The translations under genes and the position numbers were made by a program. From a virus, in IMG/VR virus record IMGVR_UViG_3300044545_000032: a stretch of DNA of 39,775 bases; one strand, given 5' to 3'. Position 1 is the first letter of the stretch; each line of letters begins with the position of its first letter. The notes below the pieces were generated by a model, which saw only the letters and a program-made list of their open reading frames with translations, ran no database searches and was not told where the DNA came from. This document shows positions 1 through 7,276 of the stretch, piece after piece.

Positions 1-127
1 GTTGCCGGCGCGGACGGATCGGCGAAAAGCCTGATGGTGGACGGCGTGGTGGCCGGCGGCGATCGAGTCAAGGCGGAGTTCACGACGCAAATCGATTCAG
101 TGAGCGAAAGCGTCGCCAACGTGTCAG
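1..127. repeat. Terminal overlap: bases 1-127 are identical to 39649-39775 (closure of a circular or circularly permuted contig)
   Basis: Direct comparison of the two ends. The repeat lies inside one reading frame, which continues seamlessly across the junction. 127 is a common maximum assembler k-mer. Confidence 0.95.
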
Positions 128-561
128 AAGTGGTCTATGGGATCGACGGTCAAGTGCTGGACCTGTCCGAAAAAGTGGATTCTGCGAACACACAAATTAT
201 TGAAATTGTTTCAAAACAACTCAAAGCGGAGCAGACCGAAGAGGAGTTCCGCGCGAGCGTCACAGCCCTGCAAAAAGTCACAGAGGGTCAAAGCGAGACC
301 CTCAAGGAGTTCACCGAGTGGGTCGCCTTCGACGAGACCGGCATGGCCATCGGGAACTCGGACAGCGGGCGCAAGGTCAAGATCAACGAGCAGGCCGTGG
401 AGTTTAAAAACGCGGCAGGCGAGACCATCGCCCGCTTCGCTGAAAAGGCCGAGATCCACGACCTTGAAATCGCGGATGGCGGCACCTTTGCCATGGGCAA
501 CTGGGCGTGGATCCCGCGATCGAACGGCAATCTATCCCTGAAATGGATTGGAGGACACTAA
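1..561 (+). CDS. C-terminal part of a junction-spanning tail fibre / minor structural protein (gp58-like); the N-terminal part is at 39418-39775
   Basis: Frame 1 is open from base 1 and in phase with the open frame at the contig end. Central coiled-coil-like region. C-terminal motif FAMGNWAWIPRSNGNLSLKW is typical of siphophage gp58-type fibre proteins. Confidence 0.8.
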   Translation, partial: VAGADGSAKSLMVDGVVAGGDRVKAEFTTQIDSVSESVANVSEVVYGIDGQVLDLSEKVDSANTQIIEIVSKQLKAEQTEEEFRASVTALQKVTEGQSETLKEFTEWVAFDETGMAIGNSDSGRKVKINEQAVEFKNAAGETIARFAEKAEIHDLEIADGGTFAMGNWAWIPRSNGNLSLKWIGGH

Positions 562-2363
562 TGGCCAGCGGCACGATTAACGGATCAACCAACAATCAAT
601 ACATGGCGGTCCGGATCACCTGGTCGTCGTCGACCAACGTGGCGGGCAACTACAGCAACGTGACCATGCATCTGCAGTACCGGCGCACCAACGGCTATAC
701 GACGCACGGAACGGTGGCTGGATATATCAACATCAATGGGCAAACTGGAAATTATAGCAAATCGGTATCCATCGGCAGTGGCTGGGTGGATGTGGCCAGC
801 GGAACAATCCACGTAAATCACAACAGCGATGGCACGAAAAAATGTTATATCGGCGCATCCGGCGGCATCTCCGGGACGTCCTTTACGTTCACCTCCTGCG
901 GAAAAGTGGTTGCGCTGGACACCATCCCCCGGGTGTCCGGCATGGCGCTGTCCGCTTCGTCTGTGGACGCCGGGGTGGCCTTTACGGCGACCATCAGCCC
1001 CCACAGTGGCAGCTTCTCCCACTGGATCGATATCACCGGTGTGGGCGATCAAATCACCTATGAAGTGGCCGCTGGGGTTAAGACCTGCACGTGCGTGGTC
1101 CCCCGGGATCGCGTTGCTAAATGGTCAAACGCCACTGCGGCGACGGCGACGGTCTGGGTCAACACCAAAACCGGTGCCGGACATGACACTAAAATCGGTG
1201 TAGTTTCCAAAACGATCCAGATCACCACCCCCGCCGATATCGTCCCGTCCACCGGCGCCATCGCCATCGCGGACAGAAAAAACGCCGGCACCAACCTGTA
1301 CGGCGACGCGAACCTGTACGCGGCTGATTTTTCGGTCTTAACCGTCACCATCCCGGCAGCGGCCTATAGCGGCGACTTCGCGGATACGGCCACAATCAAA
1401 TCGATCACGACCACCTATGCCGGCAAGACCTATACTGGCAGCCCGGTCACACTCACGCCGACTGCCGCCGGCACGTCGGACATGGTGGTCACCGTCACTG
1501 ACAGCCGGGGACGCACGGCCACGACGACCAAAACGCTGACCGTTCGGGCGTACAGCCCGCCGACGATCCACGTCACCGCTTTGCGTTATGCTGACGCAGC
1601 CGGGCAGACCTCGGACGATACCGGGTCCTACGCCAAAGTGACGATCACCGGCACGCTGGATACGGCGGGTGTCACCGGTAACAGCGGAACGGTTACCTTA
1701 TCGTGGCAGGACATCGATCAGGCCGAAGCGGTACAGACCAAGACCTATACCGTCACCGATGGAACGTGGACCCTGTCGCAGATGATCGCGGCATCCGACA
1801 CCAAGGCCTATACCATCACGGCATCGATCGCCGACAAGGGCAGCACGCATCAAGCGGCCATGATCCTGTCCAACGGAGATGTGCCCGTGGACTTCCTCGC
1901 CGGCGGCAAGGGCGTGTGCTTCGGAGCCACGGCCACCCGCGAGGGTTTTGGCATTGAGATGGCCCCAATGTACGGAAAGGCCCTGCTGGACTATGTGCAT
2001 CCGATCGGTAGTTACTATATCAGCGATAACGCCACCAGCCCGGCAGAGATTTTCGGCGGGACGTGGGAGTCTATAACTGCTAAAGATTTTGCTGAATTTC
2101 AAGTAACGACAATGTTAATATCAGGATTGAAATCTAACAATGGCAAAACGATATCCCCACAGTCGCCAGGCGACAATTGGGAATTTATAACGCACTTGGC
2201 GACCTATACATCAGGTTTCATCAGTGCATCATATATTAACTCCCCAAATAATTTAAATGGACAATTGTGGGTGCTGAATCCACCGAATGATACAGTCGGT
2301 GTATGGGTGCCGACGCTGTGGGGGAAACGAAACCAAAACTACATGTGGAAACGCATCGCGTAG
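561..2363 (+). CDS. Tail fibre / receptor-binding protein with a DUF859-like N-terminal domain
   Basis: ATG at 561 overlaps the upstream TAA (taATG); RBS GGAGGA. N-terminus (NQYMAVRITWSS...NYSNVTMHLQY...ALDTIPR) resembles the siphovirus DUF859 family. C-terminus has HPIGSYYIS..FGGTWE and ends YMWKRIA, as in fibre tips. Confidence 0.8.
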   Translation: MASGTINGSTNNQYMAVRITWSSSTNVAGNYSNVTMHLQYRRTNGYTTHGTVAGYININGQTGNYSKSVSIGSGWVDVASGTIHVNHNSDGTKKCYIGASGGISGTSFTFTSCGKVVALDTIPRVSGMALSASSVDAGVAFTATISPHSGSFSHWIDITGVGDQITYEVAAGVKTCTCVVPRDRVAKWSNATAATATVWVNTKTGAGHDTKIGVVSKTIQITTPADIVPSTGAIAIADRKNAGTNLYGDANLYAADFSVLTVTIPAAAYSGDFADTATIKSITTTYAGKTYTGSPVTLTPTAAGTSDMVVTVTDSRGRTATTTKTLTVRAYSPPTIHVTALRYADAAGQTSDDTGSYAKVTITGTLDTAGVTGNSGTVTLSWQDIDQAEAVQTKTYTVTDGTWTLSQMIAASDTKAYTITASIADKGSTHQAAMILSNGDVPVDFLAGGKGVCFGATATREGFGIEMAPMYGKALLDYVHPIGSYYISDNATSPAEIFGGTWESITAKDFAEFQVTTMLISGLKSNNGKTISPQSPGDNWEFITHLATYTSGFISASYINSPNNLNGQLWVLNPPNDTVGVWVPTLWGKRNQNYMWKRIA

Positions 2364-2387
2364 AGTAGAAAGGAGCGTTGAGCATTT

Positions 2388-2840
2388 ATGAGAATTTTAG
2401 ATCAAGCCGGCCAAGAAATTTTTGATCCGGACCTGACCAAGGGGCATCTGGAAACGGAAACCATCGTCACCGCCCATCACGACGCGGTGCCGGCTTCGGC
2501 CGGGGTATCCCATATTGAAGTGGTCAAGACCTACGATAACGGCGGGCAGGACGTGGTGCGGGTGTGGGATGAAAAACCCACCGAGGCCAAAGCGGCCTAC
2601 GATGAGATCGAGACCATCCAGCGCTATATCCCTTACACGGAGCTGGAGCTGGCCCAGATGGGCGTGGAGCAGGACAAGGCGGAAAAGGCCGCGCTGACGC
2701 CGACGGGCGACGATCTGTCGAATGCCGCAGTCGATCTGGCTCAAGGCAACGCGGACAACGAGGACGCGATTGTTGAGCTGAGCGAGTACGTGACTACACT
2801 GGAAGAAAGAATTGCAGAACTGGAGGCAAACAATGGCTAA
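2388..2840 (+). CDS. Hypothetical protein, tail-fibre-associated position, C-terminal coiled coil
   Basis: 150-aa ORF with upstream AAAGGAG. Sits between the fibre and lysis genes. Confidence 0.6.
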   Translation: MRILDQAGQEIFDPDLTKGHLETETIVTAHHDAVPASAGVSHIEVVKTYDNGGQDVVRVWDEKPTEAKAAYDEIETIQRYIPYTELELAQMGVEQDKAEKAALTPTGDDLSNAAVDLAQGNADNEDAIVELSEYVTTLEERIAELEANNG

Positions 2841-2943
2841 AATATTTTATAAGCGGATTAAGGCGGAAATCATGACCATCGACGAAGTGCCGGCGAAATG
2901 GCGGCACAAGGTACAGGCCCTGCTGGACGCGGATAACGCGTAA
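2833..2943 (+). CDS. Small hypothetical protein (36 aa) of the kind found between fibre and holin genes
   Basis: My own translation: MAKIFYKRIKAEIMTIDEVPAKWRHKVQALLDADNA. GGAGG lies 6 nt upstream. Overlaps the preceding stop codon. Too short for the ORF track. Confidence 0.5.
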   Translation: MAKIFYKRIKAEIMTIDEVPAKWRHKVQALLDADNA

Positions 2944-2965
2944 AGCGAAAGAAGGTGACAGCACG

Positions 2966-3295
2966 ATGAGCCCTTTAGATATCAACCTACTGACCGCAGC
3001 AATCCCATCCCTGATCTCGGGGGTGGGATTGTATTTTGTGACTAAAAAACTCAACAAGCATCAAGCCGACCGCGACAAAAAAGAACAGGATCGCATTCAA
3101 AGCGAAATCCACATGATGGACACGGTGATCGCGACGGCCGAGTGTACCCGCGCCATCGCGAAAGCGGTCCAGCGCATCCCCGATGCCCACTGCAACGGCG
3201 ATATGCACGCGGCGCTGGCTGAAATGGATGATGCACTAAAAAAACAGCGAAAATTTTTGAGAGTTAAGTCAATCGAAAGCACCGAAAAGGAGTAA
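2966..3295 (+). CDS. Membrane-anchored protein, lysis-cassette associated (possible holin accessory)
   Basis: RBS GAAGGTGA. One N-terminal hydrophobic segment (LLTAAIPSLISGVGLYFV). Immediately upstream of the holin. Confidence 0.55.
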   Translation: MSPLDINLLTAAIPSLISGVGLYFVTKKLNKHQADRDKKEQDRIQSEIHMMDTVIATAECTRAIAKAVQRIPDAHCNGDMHAALAEMDDALKKQRKFLRVKSIESTEKE

Positions 3296-3299
3296 AAGC

Positions 3300-3608
3300 A
3301 TGACAAAAATTAACTGGAAACTGAGACTAAAAAACAAAGCGACGCTGGCAGCCCTGTGCGTGATCGCCCTGACAGTGGTCTATCAAATGCTGGGGTGGTG
3401 CGGCATTACCCCCGGAGTTACCCAGGATGCCGTGCAAAATGTGATCGAACTGATCGTCAAGGCCCTGGTGCTGCTGGGAGTCGTTGTCGACCCCACCACC
3501 GAGGGCGCCGGAGATAGCACCCAGGCGCTGGGCTACGACTATCCCGCGCAAACAGCCCCAACTGCGGCGGCCGAAGAAATTAAAAATACAGAAGAAGGTG
3601 ACGCATAA
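3300..3608 (+). CDS. Holin (Phage_holin_1 / phi LC3-LL-H type)
   Basis: [10 protein letters not shown] start, two hydrophobic segments, and the signature [25 protein letters not shown]. Confidence 0.8.
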   Translation: MTKINWKLRLKNKATLAALCVIALTVVYQMLGWCGITPGVTQDAVQNVIELIVKALVLLGVVVDPTTEGAGDSTQALGYDYPAQTAPTAAAEEIKNTEEGDA

Positions 3609-4516
3609 TGTTATACGGAGTGGATATCTCTAATTATCAACGGTCGGTGGATTACAGTAAATATGCATTTTATATCATCAAAGCCAGCGAAGGTCGCACC
3701 TTCAAGGACCCAATGCTTGATAAGCACTATAATGCAGTTAAAGCAGCTGGGAAGCCATATGGTTTCTATCATTATGCTCGTCCAGAAAATAATTCTTGGA
3801 AAGCCGAAGCAGATCATTTCTTATCTTTGGTCGGCCATCATGCGCATAAAGCTATTTTTGCGCTGGATTGGGAAGGCAACGCCTTGCGATACAATTACTC
3901 CTGGGCCCTTAACTGGCTGAATTACGTTTATCAAAAGACGGGCGTCCGTCCTTTATTTTATTGCCAGGGCTCGGCTTTAAGCCGATATCCTCAAATTGCT
4001 AAAGCTAATTATGGCCTTTGGGTTGCAAGCTACGGCACTAAAAACCCGCAAAAGGGCTCCTGGGGCGCTTATGCGATTTGGCAGTACGGTGACAAACCCA
4101 TGGATATGGATGTGTTTAATGGGGATATTGGCACCTGGAACGCCTATGCCGGCGTGAAGGGAAACGCCAACAAAGGTCAATCGATCCCCGCGGCGACGGT
4201 GAAGGCAACCCGAAAATCCAATGCCGAAATCGCCCAGGAAGTCATCGCCGGCAAATGGGGCGACGGGAATACCCGAAAAGTGAAACTGGCGGCCGCTGGC
4301 TATGACTACAACGCGGTGCAGGCCGAAGTCAATCGGCGGCTGGGTGCAAGCGGCAGCAAAAAGGCTGCGGCGAAAGTGTATTACACCGTACGCAGAGGCG
4401 ACACGCTGTCGAAAATTGCGGCCAAGTATAAAACCACCTGGCAAAAATTGCAGCAGATGAATGGCATCCGGAATGCTAATAAAATTTATGTGGGACAGGT
4501 AATTCGCGTAAAATAA
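3608..4516 (+). CDS. Endolysin: GH25 muramidase + Cpl-7 (CW_7) + LysM
   Basis: YGVDISNYQ...IIKASEG...LDWE matches GH25. [32 protein letters not shown] matches CW_7. [16 protein letters not shown]...[15 protein letters not shown] matches LysM. The start overlaps the holin stop (taATG). Confidence 0.9.
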   Translation: MLYGVDISNYQRSVDYSKYAFYIIKASEGRTFKDPMLDKHYNAVKAAGKPYGFYHYARPENNSWKAEADHFLSLVGHHAHKAIFALDWEGNALRYNYSWALNWLNYVYQKTGVRPLFYCQGSALSRYPQIAKANYGLWVASYGTKNPQKGSWGAYAIWQYGDKPMDMDVFNGDIGTWNAYAGVKGNANKGQSIPAATVKATRKSNAEIAQEVIAGKWGDGNTRKVKLAAAGYDYNAVQAEVNRRLGASGSKKAAAKVYYTVRRGDTLSKIAAKYKTTWQKLQQMNGIRNANKIYVGQVIRVK

Positions 4517-4565
4517 CCGGGGCGCGCCTGACAGGCAACCCCCGGCATTTTTCTCTCCCTTTTCA

Positions 4566-4593
4566 CCCACCTGTAACCAGGTGGGCTTTTTTT
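4566..4593 (+). terminator. Intrinsic terminator of the lysis operon
   Basis: Perfect 8-bp stem CCCACCTG / CAGGTGGG, loop TAAC, followed by a T7 run. Confidence 0.8.
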
Positions 4594-4648
4594 ATTGCGG
4601 AAAAACGACATTTTTTTATTTTTTTCAAAAAAAACAGGCCAAAAACTC

Positions 4649-4677
4649 TTGACAATACTATTAAATGATAGTATAAT
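4649..4677 (+). promoter_or_regulatory. Promoter-operator cassette, copy 1 (TTGACA-17-TATAAT with inverted repeat ATACTAT-TAAATG-ATAGTAT)
   Basis: Consensus -35 and -10 with a 17-bp spacer. A 20-bp inverted repeat (4655-4674) fills the spacer and overlaps the -10. Diverged copy of the 5198 and 6438 cassettes. Confidence 0.75.
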
Positions 4678-4709
4678 ATAGATATAAAATGAACAGGGGG
4701 AAACATAAA

Positions 4710-5057
4710 ATGACAAATTGGAAAAACGAAAATCTGGCAATCATTGATTTTGGCTACATCGGCAAAGACACAAAAACCGGAGAAATCGTTAGAACTGGCG
4801 ATGAAGAAAAAATGATTGCAAAGATCGAATTACCGGAGCTAACTGGAACGGAAAAACAAATAGCCTGGGCCATCGATATTCGTGCAGATAAAATTTACGA
4901 AATCGAACAGACAGTTGAAAGATTTGGCTTTGAAACTGCATTAAGCCAATTCAAAGTTGAAACAGCACAAGACGTTTTCGATATGATTCTAGCAGGTCCG
5001 AAATACAGCTGGTTGGCAACAACGGTAAACGCACACGACGTCATCGAAAAAAGATAA
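4710..5057 (+). CDS. Hypothetical protein (115 aa), accessory island unit 1
   Basis: ATG at 4710 lies 8 nt after GGGGGA, so it is preferred over the track start at 4689. No family recognised. Contains LTGTEKQIAWAIDIR. Confidence 0.6.
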   Translation: MTNWKNENLAIIDFGYIGKDTKTGEIVRTGDEEKMIAKIELPELTGTEKQIAWAIDIRADKIYEIEQTVERFGFETALSQFKVETAQDVFDMILAGPKYSWLATTVNAHDVIEKR

Positions 5058-5063
5058 AACAGC

Positions 5064-5092
5064 GGTGGGGGCGAAGCCTCCACCATTTTTTT
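5064..5092 (+). terminator. Intrinsic terminator after accessory unit 1
   Basis: Stem GGTGGGGGC / GCCTCCACC (one mismatch), loop GAA, followed by ATTTTTTT. Confidence 0.7.
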
Positions 5093-5197
5093 AATTAAAA
5101 GGGAAAAAATGACAGACGAAACAAAAGAACCGCTTTACAAAAAACACAGAAAGGCGGGTTTTAAATAGCGATTTTCGCAAAAAAATCCAAAAACATC

Positions 5198-5226
5198 TTG
5201 ACAATACTATTGAATAATAGTATAAT
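5198..5226 (+). promoter_or_regulatory. Promoter-operator cassette, copy 2 (TTGACA-17-TATAAT with inverted repeat ATACTATT-GAAT-AATAGTAT)
   Basis: The 55-bp block 5197-5251 is identical to 6437-6491. The operator palindrome is at 5204-5223. Confidence 0.8.
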
Positions 5227-5286
5227 ATAGACAAGATAAAGAGAGGGAAACAAGAAATATAACACCTCTCAAGAAAGGAAAGAAAA

Positions 5287-5856
5287 ATGAAACCTTACGA
5301 ATACGAAAAAGAAAATTTAACAAAAGAGCAAAAATCTAACATTAAGATTTGGGTTCAAAAAAGTAAAGAAGCTAATTTCAATATTAACTATGGATTTTCA
5401 GCAAATCAAAACATTGAACGCGGCGACTATGAAGCATTGGCTATCTCAAACTACCAAGGATATATGGAGGGTAGAAATTCAAATAAAACTTTCGACGAAT
5501 GGTTGATTTGTGGAATCGAATATGCTGAAAAAAGCATCAAAGAACACAACGAGGCCTGCGAAAGCGCAAAAAGTATTCGCGATTTCGATTTCGCATTTGA
5601 AAATGAAAAAGTCGGATTTCTTGAAAAGCTTCAGTTAGATAAGAAAATTGATAAGATTAAAATCAATTTGATAAAAAACGAACAGAATTCAGTTAAACTT
5701 GAGGCAATCCGAATTGCCACCGGAAAAGCCCATGCGTTTGTCAGAAAAGCGGAACAGCAGCCACAGGTACGCGACAGCTCCGCCGGAGTTACTGGCCCGA
5801 TCTATGATGATGATAGCAATCCGACGTACTACGACGAAAAAATGAACGAAATTTAA
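5287..5856 (+). CDS. Hypothetical protein (189 aa), accessory island unit 2
   Basis: RBS AAAGGAAAG. AT-rich coding. No family recognised. Confidence 0.6.
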   Translation: MKPYEYEKENLTKEQKSNIKIWVQKSKEANFNINYGFSANQNIERGDYEALAISNYQGYMEGRNSNKTFDEWLICGIEYAEKSIKEHNEACESAKSIRDFDFAFENEKVGFLEKLQLDKKIDKIKINLIKNEQNSVKLEAIRIATGKAHAFVRKAEQQPQVRDSSAGVTGPIYDDDSNPTYYDEKMNEI

Positions 5857-5869
5857 GAGGAGAGAAAAA

Positions 5870-6235
5870 ATGAAACCTTATAGAGATTTAACAAAATTCC
5901 GAATTTACCAGGTCCGGTTAGGTTTTTTCGGCAGGTTTAAAGAATTTGAACCCCGGGTTGTCCAGAACAACCCGGATACTTTTATCGACAGAATTGGCGA
6001 TTTTAAGAGCGAAAAAGACGCCGTAGAAGTTTTTGATCACAGCTGCTCCGAAACGGAATTTTCCACTTTTTTTCAAGAACCGGAGCATAAAAACATCACT
6101 AGGCTCTTCTTGACGAAGGAAAAGGTTAGGATTTTTAACTTCGGTAATAATCAAGGAGAACAAGTTTTATCTCAAGAAATTTTGAAAGAATCTGTTTTGA
6201 CACCTTCGGAGGCAAAAATATGGGAAAACTTATAA
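5870..6235 (+). CDS. Hypothetical protein (121 aa), accessory island unit 2
   Basis: RBS GAGGAGAG lies 6 nt upstream. No family recognised. Confidence 0.6.
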   Translation: MKPYRDLTKFRIYQVRLGFFGRFKEFEPRVVQNNPDTFIDRIGDFKSEKDAVEVFDHSCSETEFSTFFQEPEHKNITRLFLTKEKVRIFNFGNNQGEQVLSQEILKESVLTPSEAKIWENL

Positions 6236-6441
6236 GCATTACAGAATACGCGAAAAAACATAATCGCAACCGCTACACGGTTATACAAAAAATCGAACGC
6301 GGCGGGTTTAAGACGGCCCGAAAAATTGGCAGAATGTGGGTGATCGATGAGGACGAACCTTATATCGACGGCCGCGTGAAAAGCGGAAAGTACAAAGGCT
6401 TTCGCAAAAAAAATTCAAAAAAATCTCCAAAAGCCCCTTGA
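6220..6441 (+). CDS. Small HTH DNA-binding protein (excisionase/MerR-like HTH_17 type) with a basic tail; candidate regulator of the repeated operator, or Xis
   Basis: ISITEYAKKHNRNRYTVIQKIERGGFKTARKIGRMWVIDEDE fits the excisionase-family HTH pattern. Overlaps the upstream ORF by 16 nt. The stop TGA lies inside the -35 of promoter copy 3. Confidence 0.65.
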   Translation: MGKLISITEYAKKHNRNRYTVIQKIERGGFKTARKIGRMWVIDEDEPYIDGRVKSGKYKGFRKKNSKKSPKAP

Positions 6442-6466
6442 CAATACTATTGAATAATAGTATAAT
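6438..6466 (+). promoter_or_regulatory. Promoter-operator cassette, copy 3 (identical to copy 2)
   Basis: TTGACA 6438-6443, operator 6444-6463, TATAAT 6461-6466. Identical 55-bp block to copy 2. Confidence 0.8.
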
Positions 6467-6513
6467 ATAGACAAGATAAAGAGAGGGAAACCTCAAAGAA
6501 AAGGAGAAAAAAG

Positions 6514-6801
6514 ATGAAGTACACAAGAAAACAATTAGTAGCTATGATTTTAGATGAAAATTCTAAAATCTACGACCAGCTTGGCGGCGACGCCGAAATG
6601 GTCAAAGAAATCAAAAATCTAGAAGCCGGCCGAGACTACGACGGCAGCGAAAATTGGAAATTCAACTATCAAGAAAATCCAAACGCCGCCGAAAACATCA
6701 GAATTGCTCAAGAAGATTTAGCGGTAGAAATTGCTCAAGAACTTGAAGGCCTCGGGCTGATGGCCGAAGATGAAGACGGCGAGTGGGAACTGAAATTCTA
6801 G
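6514..6801 (+). CDS. Strongly acidic hypothetical protein (95 aa), accessory island unit 3
   Basis: RBS AAGGAG. By my count 23 D/E versus 10 K/R. C-terminus is AEDEDGEWELKF. Confidence 0.6.
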   Translation: MKYTRKQLVAMILDENSKIYDQLGGDAEMVKEIKNLEAGRDYDGSENWKFNYQENPNAAENIRIAQEDLAVEIAQELEGLGLMAEDEDGEWELKF

Positions 6802-6839
6802 GGGCGGGTAACCGCCCCTTCGAAAAAAAGGAGAAAAAA

Positions 6840-7019
6840 ATGAAAAGGCAGCTGTTAGACGCGATGCCGTTCGACAAGGTTTTCTATGTCGACGGCAATG
6901 AAGAATTTTGTCATGCAACGGGGTATGAAGTATATTTCGGTGAAGACGGAACTAATGACCCCGCCGATTGGTGGAATGAGTATATTGATAGCAACGGAGA
7001 CTATCAATATGGTCGATAA
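6840..7019 (+). CDS. Strongly acidic, aromatic-rich hypothetical protein (59 aa), accessory island unit 3
   Basis: ATG at 6840 after AAAGGAGA, preferred over the track start at 6783. 13 D/E versus 4 K/R. Confidence 0.5.
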   Translation: MKRQLLDAMPFDKVFYVDGNEEFCHATGYEVYFGEDGTNDPADWWNEYIDSNGDYQYGR

Positions 7020-7050
7020 AATTTATCCATATTATTATCTATTAAAATTT

Positions 7051-7080
7051 AGGGGTTAAAGGCCCCTATTTACTTTTTTT
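7051..7080 (+). terminator. Terminator-like hairpin after accessory unit 3
   Basis: Stem AGGGG / CCCCT followed by ATTTACTTTTTTT. The T-tract overlaps the next promoter. Confidence 0.5.
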
Positions 7081-7097
7081 ATAAATTTTGGTATAAT
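7070..7097 (+). promoter_or_regulatory. Promoter with extended -10 (TTACTT-16-TGgTATAAT) for the candidate small RNA
   Basis: Sequence match to sigma-A consensus with a TGn extension. No protein gene lies downstream. Confidence 0.6.
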
Positions 7098-7103
7098 GTA
7101 AAT

Positions 7104-7276
7104 ACATTCTGGGGGCGCAGGCATGCGTGAAAAGGAAGGCTTGAGCTCGGCTGGACCCGGAACCCACTTCGCGCCAAGCGCACCGCAATATCCGCGGGAA
7201 TAATTATTGCGAAGTGGTTAATTTCAAGACGCGCCAGCTTCCTTTCTTTATTTTATCGAAATGGCGCGTTTTTTTA
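7104..7276 (+). ncRNA. Candidate structured small RNA (about 170 nt), family unknown
   Basis: Bounded by the 7070 promoter and by terminator ACGCGCCA (7229-7236) / TGGCGCGT (7262-7269) plus T7. Internal helices are CACTTCGC / GCGAAGTG and CCGC / GCGG. Only a 26-codon ORF is present. Confidence 0.45.

Noticed and set aside
561-2363. Possibility of a diversity-generating retroelement acting on the fibre gene
   Set aside because: No reverse-transcriptase ORF exists anywhere in the genome, and I found no template-repeat copy of the fibre 3' end.
5108-5167. 19-codon ORF (MTDETKEPLYKKHRKAGFK) between the unit 1 terminator and promoter copy 2
   Set aside because: It is too short and has no convincing RBS. 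It may be a degraded remnant related to the basic tail region that precedes promoter copy 3. The similarity is too weak to claim.
6801-6835. Hairpin GGGGCGG-TAA-CCGCCCC after ORF 6514..6801 as a terminator
   Set aside because: The stem is good, but it is followed by TTCGAAAAAAA rather than a T-tract, and the next ORF starts 5 nt later with its own RBS. It is more likely a stabilising or processing hairpin within the operon, so I did not call it a terminator.
7123-7203. 26-codon ORF (MREKEGLSSAGPGTHFAPSAPQYPRE) inside the candidate sRNA
   Set aside because: It is not hydrophobic, so it is not a type I toxin, and it has only a weak G-run as an RBS. The region shows nested helices and a terminator. 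I kept it as an alternative in the finding but did not call it a CDS.
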